DNA of 60,739 nucleotides, filler included, from Bipalium vagum (GCA_037834085.1; 3 parts of 3 records of this genome joined end to end with filler, not necessarily neighbours in it), one strand, 5' to 3'; positions 12,410 to 23,887 are shown, counted from the whole stretch's first letter. Notes: generated by a model from the sequence alone, not told the origin. Numbers and translations: made by a program.

Positions 12410-12490
12410 TACGCCCGTTATCCAGTTTTCAATAGTCATCTTTCCTGGCTTTTCGATTAAGATTGTATTAGACTCTCCAAGAATTTGGAC
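12410..12490 (-). mobile_element. Short non-LTR RT fragment
   Basis: PNSWR(fs)SNTILIEKPGK...ENW, an RT subdomain 1 pattern related to the neighbouring element. Confidence 0.5.
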
Positions 12491-12628
12491 AGTGCCAATT
12501 TTTGTGTTTTGTGTATTCTCTTGATGCCTACCTACTTATATCCCTCGTGTTCATCAATTGAATTTTAAGCCTTCGTTCTTGATTGTGCCCAGTGCTCCGC
12601 TTTTTGTTTCATTAATCGATTTCGATGA

Positions 12629-14530
12629 TTAGGTCTTGGATGTTTTCTTGATTTGGTGTAATACTTGGGAGTAATCTTCTCGTCCAGGTTTTTCGATCAT
12701 CTTGGTTTTGAACTCCTTCCAAGCAGAAGGCGTTGAACCCTCAGATAAGATGCGACTGAACAAATACGAGAGGAAATGCCCTTCGGGGTCCTTGAGGAGG
12801 AGATCCCTAAAGCAAACTCTGTCCGGGCCTGGAGCGGAGAGGTGATTACTCTTCCGCAATTTCTGCACTATTTCTTCCACCGATAGGGTAAAAAACTGAT
12901 TGTGGTTTCCACTTTTCTGATGAGAGGACTCGTACCCGAATTCTAATCAGCAGGGGGCGGAACATCGGTTTTCCGGCGAAAGTCTACTATCAATGAACTA
13001 TCGAGGCTCATCAATCAGTTTCACAAGTTGCATTGCCTTTCTCATGTTCTGCTCGAACAAAAACAAGCACCAGATCGGTTTTGGGTTGCCAGGTAGTAAG
13101 ACGCTCTGTATTCACAAGGGCCTTTTTGGTGATGAAGATGTTAAGGATCTCATCGATACCCCGAAACTGGTGTGGACTTAAGACTTGTTCCATGAACAGT
13201 CTCGAATCTGCGACATAGTCTCCAAAAGTTCTGAACACTATGTAATGGACTCCAAGCGCAGTTTGCAATTGGGCTAACACATTAATTGCCTCTCGCAACA
13301 CGGGTTGCCCTTTCGCCACTTGCCCGGAGTATCAGATTTGTGTCGGGAGAGAGATCTCACCTTCGCTGCCTGGTCAGGCGAATTAGAAACAAGTTTCCTT
13401 TTTGCCTCTTTCTCCCTGGGTTGTTCTGGAAGTCTTTGCAAACCCTCCGGAGTTATTTGGGGAGATTCTTTAGTCCTGTGGGAACTAAAGAGATCCAGCG
13501 AGACAACCGTGGAAGCAATCGTTTTTGGGGCAGTTAACTTTCTTGATGTCCGCGTACTTGGAGATGCAAGTACTACTGATGTAGTGTCGACGTCCATTGT
13601 TTCCATCTCGTCCGTCATTGTCCTTGGAGGAGTCAGTAGATCCGGTGAAAAACCCTGGTCAGGTAGCACTGCCGTGCTAACTTTTTTAGGTGTTATCTTT
13701 TTCTTGGGCTTAGGCGTCTCCGTCAGCGTTTCTGGTGTCTGAAGAATATCATTAATCGTATAAGTAACTGAATAGATTAAGTTGTCCTTCTTTTTAGAAG
13801 GTATTAGTAAGATTTCCCCGTCAGAGAAACGAAACAACGGGCTAATTTGCTCAGCGAATTGCGACAAGGTTTCCATCATGGCGCCGTTCCGTAAGCGGAC
13901 ATTCGTCGCTTTGGGCCCTCTTGGTCTTTTGCCAATATCACTTTGCACCTCGAGCTAAGGCACAAAGTTTAGCTTTATCCTCGAACTAGGCCTTTTTAGT
14001 TTCGACTGATGCGCAAAGATTTGCTTTCCCTTGGCTAACACGATGAACGCATATCCACGTTCTTCCACGAGTTCGTGTATAGTACCGGGAATATTCGCCA
14101 TACGAGTGTCAATAGTCTGCTTTGTCGTGTTCTTGTTCTTGCTTTTCTTCGACCGCGTCGTAGTCCATTCTCCCCCAGATAGCGTTTTGGTCTTCGTTAG
14201 GTTTTAGTTTGCATTTTTTTGTTGGCGCGCTATTGGTAGTATCGTAGGTTGTGGTTCGTCTTAATCAATGACAGCCAATGAAAATCAATTGAAATCATCC
14301 TCATTTTGCACTGGAGCAGGATAGATGGATATGAGGTCGATTAATGTCAACAATAACAATAATCTTAGCAATACGGCATGAAATTCAATGGAACGCGACG
14401 ACACCTCGGTTTGGAGTTGCCAGAAACACCCCTGGGGAGTACGGGAACTATTGGCAAGCCCACCAATGATCAGACGATGACCAATCCCATCTGCATGTTC
14501 CGGTCTGTTGGAACTGAACGATCAGATCAA
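12629..14530 (-). mobile_element. 5' half of a non-LTR retrotransposon (RLE-clade-like RT) with an N-terminal cold-shock domain; 3'-truncated and disrupted
   Basis: GC-richer block. Order on the minus strand: GEWTTTRSKK motif; CSD at 14101-13892; S/T/P/K-rich linker; then RT subdomains 0-1 (VEEIVQKLRKSNHLSAPGPDRVCFRDL...TPSAWKEFKTKMIEKPGREDY). It has frameshifts and stops and breaks off at ~12660. Confidence 0.85.
13892..14101 (-). other. Cold-shock (OB-fold) domain within the retrotransposon ORF
   Basis: MANIPGTIHELVEERGYAFIVLAKGKQIFAHQSKLKRPSSRIKLNFVP*LEVQSDIGKRPRGPKATNVRL. RNP1-like RGYAFI, RNP2-like IFAH and C-terminal V..DI....RGPKATNV occur at CspA-like spacing (70 codons). One TAG at 13957-13955. 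Confidence 0.8.
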
Positions 14531-15345
14531 TAGACATAATTTCTATCAGAATCAAGTAAGGTTTTTTTTCTAAAAATAAAATCAATATTATTTATTCAAT
14601 ATTATCAATAATATATTATCAATAATTATTTATCAATAATATAATAATAATAATATAATAATAATATTATCAATATTATTTATTTGTATTTATTATTTTA
14701 ATTGGTTGATAGTAATAGAAGAAATGTATGACAGATTCGACAAAGTCCATTCGACAAAACCATTTTTTTAAAAACAAAATCGATTAACTATCATGGTCAT
14801 TGCGTTATGATTGGTCGGTGTTGTAACTTTATATTGTGTCCTACAAGGGGTCAGAAAAAGGGTAAAGTTTTATTTTACCGTCAAGCAGAGAATATTTTTA
14901 GATTTCATTCTCAGAAAATTTCTATTTTATTACTGATCTTGGTTTTGTATTAATTAGTCGATCAATATTAAAAAATAAGGAATTTGATAATTTTTGTCGA
15001 AAAAAATCGCAAGATTTTAATGTGTAGAGCACATGAATTTGTGTTATGAAAGCTAATAATATTGCAATCAAAATTGTCCTGAACAGATCTTTATATTGAT
15101 TTTAATATTAATACTGATTTATAATAATATATCGATTTTTCAATATTATTGATATTGATTGATAATATTTGTCTAAATTTCGAAGATCATATGTTAACCA
15201 TCTATTAGATTTGTTTGACATTTCGTTGTATCTACTCAAAAAATTATATTAAAATTACCATTACAATATAAAAATTCTTATTGAAAAATTAAATACATTA
15301 CTATCAAAAAACAAAAAGAATCTGATGCAATCATTATTATATATT

Positions 15346-15774
15346 TTAAACTATAAGTTTCTCAATAACTTTGTACCAAAGGGGTCATTTCAGATCCACT
15401 ACTTGCAAAAACTGGTCTGGATAATCCACAATCTCTTCCCAATGCTACAATTTTATAGTTAAATAACATTTTTAAGTATCCGGTTTACCTCTTTTACTGG
15501 GAATAGAGACAAGGTACATTTTTATTTTCACATTTGAAGCAAAATTTCTAATCGCTCTGCATCTGCAGCCATTAATATTAATTCGGGTCTTCCACGATTT
15601 AAATCCTTAGTTGCTTCATTTACACATTTTTAATTTGATTCAAATTAGCATCTTCATAAGTAACATTTGTAATTTTAGTTAATTCGTTTTTTAATAATGG
15701 TAAGCCAGCAGGTTAATTGCTTCCGTCTAAATATATAATGGAAAAATTAAAAAATAACTAAATAAGCCTACCAT
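15346..15774 (-). pseudogene. SNU13: Unprocessed SNU13 pseudogene, copy 2
   Basis: Same exon/intron layout as 2543-2980, with the same main frameshift and deletions. Confidence 0.9.
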
Positions 15775-15867
15775 ATTATTTTGTCAAAGGTAATCTTAAA
15801 TTGCATATTATTTTGTCAAAGGTAATCTTAAATTGCATATTATTTTGTCAAAGGTAATTTTAAATTA
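15772..15867. repeat. 32-bp tandem triplication
   Basis: catattattttgtcaaaggtaatcttaaattg x3 (third unit slightly variant); single copy in the left arm. Confidence 0.9.
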
Positions 15868-16219
15868 CATAATATTTAAACAATGTTTATCTAATCAAAT
15901 AATTAAATATATTTAATTAAATATATTTACCTTTCTAATTAATATTTTATCATAAATAAAATTAAGTTTTAAATCTAAAATGAAAAAAAAATTAAATAAA
16001 GAAAAATGTAAAATTACAAAACAATACATTTAAAAGTTTAGATTTTTACCGTTCTCGCACCCCAAAGGTGAGATTTTTTTAATTTTTCAATATAATCAAT
16101 TGTCACTAAGCACATAATAAAATTTTAAATAAAAATTATGATGTAAAATTACTATTGAATCAGTTTTTATATTTAGTGATTTGTTTTTAATTTTTAAATT
16201 TTAATACCTTTATAAGTAA

Positions 16220-16620
16220 GGATCACACTCACGATTTTGATGGCGATGAATATATCATAATGTAAACTATTTAAATGAACCAAATGCCGATCGCTCCTCT
16301 TTACATTTTAAGAGTCATTTTTGTTCGAGCTGTATCTGAACTTGCATTATCAATACTAGAACTATAAAACTAATAAAACAATATCAAGTTCTCTTGTAAT
16401 GTTATCTCCAACAATAAGTTATGAAGATTCTCTAAGAACTCTTAGAAAGAATTACCAATTCCTTTTCTCGGAACTCCAAATCGGGAAATAAATGATGAAA
16501 GTTATAAGATCTGAAATGTATTCCAAATATTCAACATTTACGTCGGAGATCAGAAATTGAGGTCCTTGTTAATAAACTCGTCTTCTCATTAATTCCCGTA
16601 CCGTTCATTCAGGTTCAATA
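16220..16620 (-). mobile_element. Decayed LTR-retrotransposon integrase fragment
   Basis: SFISRFGVPRK resembles the (W)ISRFGVP motif of the Ty3/gypsy integrase core; heavily degraded. Confidence 0.45.
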
Positions 16621-18399
16621 AATAATAAGTAATTTATCTCCCGTTTATGGATCCGTAATTTTGTTTTATTCCATGTTCTGTTCGTAAATCCATTGTCAGC
16701 GTATTTCTAGAGTCACAAAAGAGTTTTATGTTTTGCTGCAGATACTGTTTTGTGCCTTCATCAGATTTTAAAAAGGTTATAAGCATCAATAATATCGGAT
16801 ATATTATCTTCAGTCTCGGTATCTGTGTGGGACTCAACCACTCCATCGTCTTTAAGCTGTTCTTATTCATTTTCCAATAGCTGAAATAATAAATAAATAT
16901 ATATAGAAAATGAACAACTCGAATCCTTATGACGATTAAGCAGAAAGGCAAAAAATGGTTGATGCCATAAAAATACTCCAGACTCGATCATTGAACGCGT
17001 TTGTGACGGAGTTCAGCCGTAAAATTGCTGAAAGGTAAACTTGACCAAGAGGACGAAAAGTCTTCAGTAAGTTTTAGTTTTCCCTGTTTCCTTGTTTTTT
17101 GGTTGATGTTAACTTTTTATGCATTTGAGAGTGAAATAATCAAATAGAAGACCAGAACAAGTGGTGAATATAATCAATACAAATAATACTTATTTTTTTG
17201 ATTACACCTTTTCCCTTAATCAGGCTGAAGATCAAACATGTCTTGATTTTTGCTTTTTGTAAAGATATATATTCCACGATGCCCTTGGTAAAACGGTTTT
17301 CATAAAATGTATTGTTTTGTCAAAGTTTCATTGGATAATTAGGAAAATATTTACTTATAATAAGTGTAATGAAATTTATTTTTTCGATTTTTATGTTATT
17401 TATGTAATAATGATATATTTTAACATCAAAAATTTAATGTAAAATTCATATATTTTGTTTATATATATTATTGTAAGAGATTCCAAAGTAAAAATATTGA
17501 TTTGCAGTTTCTTGATTTGATATTTTGGCGCCACATTCATTCTTTCAGATATAATTCCATTGACGGCATTCATTGACACGATCTTATTCTTCAGTTCAAA
17601 AATATGTTTGCATTCTTGGATTCGTAAACCATACCTAAAATCCATTACTCATGATCAGGAGCACGCCCTGTGGAGCACGAACATGGGTCCGCCATTTTAT
17701 TGGATTTTTCAAGACAAAATCTCACATTTTGTCTTCATTTTGCATAGAAATTAATAACGACACATTAAACGTCCGTGTCTTCAGTAACTGTTTTTTAATT
17801 TATCCGATTTTCCGTATAGCATCGCCACTGAACACAATCATTGTTTCTTTTTGATGTGCATTCCTTGAATATCGTGCTACAATCATCATATTTATCTAAA
17901 ACTATTAACGTTAATATTATTATAAATTAACTGATAGGAATAACAGACTGTTTTCTCTTAAAAACATAATTGATTCGGATGGAACACCCCCATCACTGTG
18001 CTGCTTATTAATTTAATATTCATTTCTTTATAATCAGCATGAAAAATTGAGGTCGGTATTTGGTAATTTGATGAGATCCACGACCTCCTGGCTGAGATTA
18101 TAAATGCTGTGATATCATAGTACCATGTTCTTCCAACTTCAGATTCGGCTTTGTCAATAAAGTATGATATTTTTTTACTTGTTTCTCTTGTCATTACTCT
18201 TGATAGAGATCTCTGGTTCAAAAGGGACATTGACATCTATAACCAGGAATTTTTTAAGCCGCTTATTGACTAATTATTGACTAATAATCATGGTGTACTG
18301 GGACGAAAATACAGAATGCATGATCACTAGTACAAGACATGAGAACGCAACCATAAAATTCGGTATAGGTAATGCTCGCCAATTATGTCCTTCCTCCAT

Positions 18400-18660
18400 A
18401 AATGCATCAGCATCAGCTGGTACAGGAAATGAAGCTATTTACCTTCGGGAGGACTAATTGCGACATATCTGGCGGCATTACCGATTGCAAATCGTCTGTT
18501 ATACAGTGGAAAGCGCATTAGCCTTGAGCACTGGTACTTTATTCATAAAGCCAGAGCTAATGACCTGCCCACGAACCAGAAATACTTCAAATCAGAGAAG
18601 TGCCGACGATGTCACAGTACAACTGAGACATCCTCACATGCATTATGCTCATGTCTAAGT
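18400..18660 (+). mobile_element. RLE-type non-LTR fragment (linker plus CCHC zinc knuckle)
   Basis: ANRLLYSGKRISLEHWYFIHKARANDLPTNQKYFKSEKCRRCHSTTETSSHALCSC matches WRFIH.AR.N.LP...CRRC....ET..H.L..C of NeSL/Utopia-type elements. Confidence 0.85.
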
Positions 18661-19913
18661 ATTCAACTTATGGTTATTCTTTGTTGAAAAACTCGAATTT
18701 ACTGATGAAATCTTTGATTTCTATAATTTCTTGGAAGATGCTCGTTAAAGATCAAAGCTTTTCATAGTCAGAGCAGAGGTAAACAATAAAGAAAAACCTT
18801 AAGGCCAATGAAAATCTTATGTTTGATTTGAAATAAATCACTGTTTTTGTATTAGGGTGGTCCACAAGGTCACGGACATTGTATTAATAGTAATAGTATA
18901 ATTTTTTTGATGAAGACAAGAATTAGAAGAATGTGCATATGGTTTTTTGGAACGCATATTATATCCTGATAATAAATGAATATTGACAATGAAATTCAAT
19001 AATACACAAGATTTTTTGAACTTTAAGTGGATTAATAATAATAAAATATTATTAATTATTATAAATTGATTTTAATAAAAATAATAGATTTTCTTCTTTT
19101 TTACTATTTTGATTTCAGAATTTTCATCTTTGCTGTTATTGAGAAAGTAAGTGAAACGATAAAAGTTTTCATAGTTATATTTTTCACTGATGTTAAAAAA
19201 TTAAATTCCACAAATTTTAAATAAATAATTAATTTTTTATTTTTATGGGTTTGTTTAATCGAATAAAACCGACCCATTTCTGAATTCGAGACATATACAT
19301 ATTTGGAGAAATAAATCATCCATGGGTTTCGTCTGTACAAATTTTGATGTACTCCAATGAAATAAATACGTTATAAAGACTTATAAAACACCCTGTATAT
19401 TAAAATTTTTTAATTTCTTTAAATTCTTTTTCAAAGAAAACAAAAAATAAATTATTAGTTTGGTGAATAATTGATTTTTTCTAAATTTATTAATTTTTTA
19501 GATATTTTCTAAGTTGTAAAAAATTACACATTTGTCTAAAAAAGAAATAAAACAAAAAATAATAAAAATATATTATGGCCAATTATGTGTTTATATTTTT
19601 TTAATCCTGAATTAATTGTTAAATGGTAATTTTTCAGTTGTTATGAATTTTAAATTTTCCTGAGACCCAATAATGGCACAGTTTCAAATTTGGATCAATT
19701 ATGCAAATATATTTTGTGAGTAAAGCCCTAAGAAATTTTATTTCGAATGAGGATTAAAATCACTTACTATTTATCGATTTTTTTAATCTATTTATCACTC
19801 AAAACATAACAATGTTTTACAAAAAAGGTTAATTATGCGCATATATTACACGAAAGATAATATAAAATACAACTTTGCAGTCGATATATTATTTGCGAAG
19901 AAAATAAGAAAAA

Positions 19914-20221
19914 ATGAAATTGACATTGGTAATTATTGGTAACATATTTTCAATATTATATTCAAACGTTTGGTTTCAGAACTTATTTCTATTAGTTATA
20001 TTAAAGATCATAAATTTAGTGATGCGAAGCGAAACATCATCCTGTAAGCTGATTCAGAGCATGATAACATTATTTTTACTTCAGGTATTAAGGCAGGACA
20101 GCCAATTCCGAAAGATAAAACCTGTTATTTTCATTGTTGTCATAAAGTCTGCTATCACATTGATCCGGTTTCTACAAGACCACTCAATCTGTGCATTGTC
20201 TTCCGTTCCGGAATAAAGTAA
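19914..20221 (+). CDS. Small secreted cysteine-rich peptide, 71 aa; exons 19914-19928, 19980-20043, 20085-20221
   Basis: Removing canonical GT-AG introns (51 and 41 nt) gives MKLTLNLFLLVILKIINLVMRSETSSCIKAGQPIPKDKTCYFHCCHKVCYHIDPVSTRPLNLCIVFRSGIK*. It has a hydrophobic N-terminus and 6 Cys. The GIK* stop position is conserved in the paralog at 5460-6150. Confidence 0.7.
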
Positions 20222-20542
20222 TGCGAAAGAAATTGTAATTAACGTTTTTGTTTTGTTTGAGTATGGCTTTTGATGCCTAATCATTGTCATAGATCAGGAC
20301 ACTATTTTCGCACACAGGATAATTTTTTAAATCATGGCTAGCAAGTGATCTAGAGAATTGGATGACATCAGAAAACGTCTTCCACCTGTGGGGATCATCA
20401 ACCAAGAAGAGGAAGGAATAAGGAGCCTATGGAAAGCCTTGCAGTATCACAGAACATTGTTATGACTTTTATCTTATTTAATTAGTAAATATTTTACGAC
20501 TTTGCTTTATTTTGATTGTATTATGAATTTGTATTAGTAAAT

Positions 20543-20642
20543 NNNNNNNNNNNNNNNNNNNNNNNNNNNNNNNNNNNNNNNNNNNNTTAATTAATTAANN
20601 NNNNNNNNNNNNNNNNNNNNNNNNNNNNNNNNNNNNNNNNNN
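20543..20642. other. Artificial contig linker
   Basis: 44 N + TTAATTAATTAA (stops in all six frames) + 44 N. Confidence 0.97.
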
Positions 20643-21120
20643 TCATTTTTTCTTACTTTTTAAAGCAATTGTGGTTTTATTTTCCTTTTTTCTCCTTGTC
20701 CATATTTTATCTTCGAATCGAAAACTATAAAAATAATTTGTCCTCGTAATTAATTATTAATTATTATTATTTATTATATTAAATTAATAAAGTCTTTCGT
20801 TTGCTTTTGTCCGAAAATTAACTCATTTTTGTAATGATAATAGTAATACTAATTTTTATGAGATATTTTAATGTAATGACCACCAGTGGTTACATGTCCT
20901 TTCAGAATTCCTATGTTTGGTTTTGAAATGTTTACCTCACAGGTTTACCACAATAATAATAGTGGTAATAATGATAATAATAATAATACTGAAAACTTTG
21001 TTAGAATGTCCAAAGATCCAAGACGATTCTGGTCGAAATATAAACAGAACTTAAAACTTAGACAGCGTTGCACCGCTATAAAAACGGTAGGTTGAATGTG
21101 AGGTCTCAGTCAAATAGAAA

Positions 21121-22099
21121 ATGTTATTATTATTTGTCACTATTTACGTCTTGCTAAATGTGGTGGTACCAAAAACATTTACTCCTCCCTTTCAGGCGAT
21201 CACTGGTAAACCAACGTTATACAAGTCTTCGCACTGTACCTTTGGTACCTCCAATACCATGTGCAAGTCATCAAAAGCGAACATATCGTTGACGTTGGAT
21301 ATGGAGGCAGACCATTTGATTTTTGCAGTAGAATTATATCTCGAGGATGGGTATTGTATTGAGGGATCTGGGACGCCCGTCGTAGAGCTCGTATCGAAAA
21401 TGGGCAAAGTTGTCCAGACTTGCCAAATAATAGTGAAGAGTAAGAAGGTCCTTGAATTCAACTGTTCTTCGAGAGTTGCATCCAAGATCCAAATCCGACA
21501 TACGAAATATGAAAATCTCATTTTTCGAGACGTGCAGGTTTACGGATGTAGGAACTTGAAACATTTTTTTAAAAAATAATGATTATTGTTGTTATTATTA
21601 TTATTATTATTACGACTATTATTATTATCACTTTTATTATCACTTTTATTATCACTATTATTATCATTATATATTTCTGACCGTTTGACATTCAGCGCAG
21701 CAAAATCTCATTTCACTACGGAAGCCGTCGTCACAGTCCAGTAACTACCCCTTTCATCCGTATCCTGCGGCTCTCTGCAATGATGGAGATATGAACACTT
21801 TCTGCCACACAGCAGAAGAGAACGGATCTTGGACAGTGAATCTTCAGGGAGAGTTCTACATCACCTCAATTTATTTATACAACCGGGTCGACTGCTGCTC
21901 AGATAGGATTGTCGGATTGTTGATAGAACTAATATCTGGCAAAACGGTTACTCAGTGTGCCAAAATAGAGTATTCCGCAAAAGAGTACCATTTTTCCTGT
22001 GGAGGCAAAAAGGCCACTAAGGTCAGAGCAAGGTTTACAAAGGTGGAAAACCTTCATCTTAGAGAGGTGGAGGTTTACGGAGGTAATGATCCTGCTTAG
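21121..22099 (+). CDS. Secreted F-type lectin (fucolectin) with a degenerate N-terminal and a canonical C-terminal F-type domain
   Basis: Signal peptide MLLLFVTIYVLLNVV; probable 30-nt intron 21166-21195; intron 21548-21695. Second domain: NLISLRKPSSQSS...AALCNDGDMNTFCHT...WTVNL...IYLYNRVDCCSDR...LHLREVEVYG, with fucose motif H-X25-R-X-D-X4-R. A possible further intron at 22083-22117 would extend the CDS to 22149. Confidence 0.85.
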
Positions 22100-23887
22100 A
22101 TTTAATTTCATGTTAAGACTTGAAAATTTCAGTCCCCGTTCAAAATTGATTGAGAGCTTCACCACCTCCTCACTTTGATGTTGGACTACCATGATGATTA
22201 GTTTTTGATCACTTTTCTATATCTGAAATATACATTTGATTATTTTCTTCATTGTTTTCAAAATAACCTTCATTTCACCATTATTCCCCAGACGACCTTG
22301 GCAAAGTTGATCAACCTCACCATGAGCGTAATTTGAAGTCGGTTTAAACCAAACAGACTGGCACATTATTCAAAGTTGAGTCACATTTTATTAAAATAAC
22401 ATTTTTATTTATTTATCCGCCAATAAGAAATTTAAATTCGCATCTCGCAATATCTGCGCTGTTAAAATGGATAGACATGACCAACACAGAACGACATCAA
22501 TCGTAAAAATCTCATTTTTCCTTAAAAATTGTAAATATTTTCCCGTTACATTTGATTAGACTTCTCCGAAGGCTCTGAGACCAAGTCGAATTTTAAATTA
22601 TTTTTAATATTATTTTTTTAATTAAAATCCCTTTTATTGTCATAGATTAAAAATTTAATAAGCTTCCTATTCGTATTTGTGCTTGTGAGAATTTGCGAGA
22701 TTGTTTTACTTCATCGGGATATAATCGACTTTTTATGGTTTCCCATTTAAGATCACAAATTTCATATTTGTAAATCTTTTTTACAAATTCTTTCCATATA
22801 TTTGTTTTAATGATTTTTTGAATCGATTTCACATCAGAGGCGAATTCTGATTTACATGCATTATTAAAGATTTTTTGTCAAAATATCTATTACAATCATC
22901 TCGAAAAATTTCATTTCCCTTTTTATTGATCACTTATTTCATCACTTATAATTTTAATCATCATTTAATTCGTCATTTTTAGGATTAAAAAGTTTATTAC
23001 GTCAAGATTTATTGTTTATTGATTTGTTCTTATTTTCCTTAACTGAAATATGTAAATTTTTGTCGAAATCACTAACTCGTCATTATTCGTTCGTTTTACT
23101 AGTACAGTTACCAAAATTTAAACTCCATTGGATCAAAACTCCACAATAAAATCTTATATGTAATTGCATCACAGATTGAATCAAAACAATCACAGTAAAA
23201 CTTTATTAAAATTCAAACACAACCGTTACACAAATCAAAAACAAAATCTTTATCAATTGTCTAATGAACCAAAGAATCGATTCCGATCAAATGTCTGAAA
23301 AATCACTGTATCAAACCGGCGAGATTTTAATTTATTACTTTTGGTAAGATTTTAAAGTTTATAAAAGTTTTTAATTAATATTATTATTATTAATCTTATT
23401 ATTATCATTATCATTATCTCCTTGCGGTCTTTAGGGTTTGTGCCTTTGGCAAGCCCAACAGATTGATTAAATAAAATTTTAATATTTTCTTTATAATATT
23501 GATTAAATTTTTTAATATTTCAATGACACTTGAAATTAGTGATGATAATTATTATGCTCATAGACTGAAATTTTATGAATTCTGTGTTTAAATTTTTTAT
23601 ATAAAAAACATTTTTCATTTAATAATTCTGATCACATTTTTAATGCTAAATTATTTTTTAAAACAGATTTCAAAGTTATCTCCTTTTAGAATTTTTACTT
23701 GTTACTCTTAAATGTTTTTTGGATTCCATTTCATTTCATGAAGTAAAACAGAATGTTACATGTTCTTTTAATATATTTTTTGTAAAATACTTATTACAAT
23801 CATCAAAAAGATAATTAACACCAAAAAATTGAGGTTACATGAAATCGATTTTTTCCCGTAGTTATTTTCTTATGATTTTTACTAATT

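Larger units (their letters stand above)
15248..16213 (-). repeat. Right arm of the ~0.9-kb inverted duplication (partner 2176-3080)
   Basis: Reverse complement of 2176-3080, longer because of an internal 32-bp triplication. Confidence 0.95.

Noticed and set aside
12915-12945. CTGATGA-GAG-GA-CTC hammerhead-like core
   Set aside because: Lacks GAAA and stems I/III, and lies antisense within RT-coding sequence.
13286-13742. Plus-strand ORFs of 83 and 145 aa
   Set aside because: Antisense shadows of the retrotransposon ORF.
13955-13957. In-frame TAG suggesting stop-codon reassignment
   Set aside because: Rab1 terminates with TAG right after its CC motif, so TAG is a stop; the element also has frameshifts and is simply decayed.
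14530-14565. Spliced-leader-like target site at the 5' junction of the CSD element
   Set aside because: Only a GTAAG donor-like motif; no known SL sequence or Sm site was recognised.
15772-15867. CRISPR-like 32-bp repeats
   Set aside because: No spacers; a simple tandem triplication in eukaryotic DNA.
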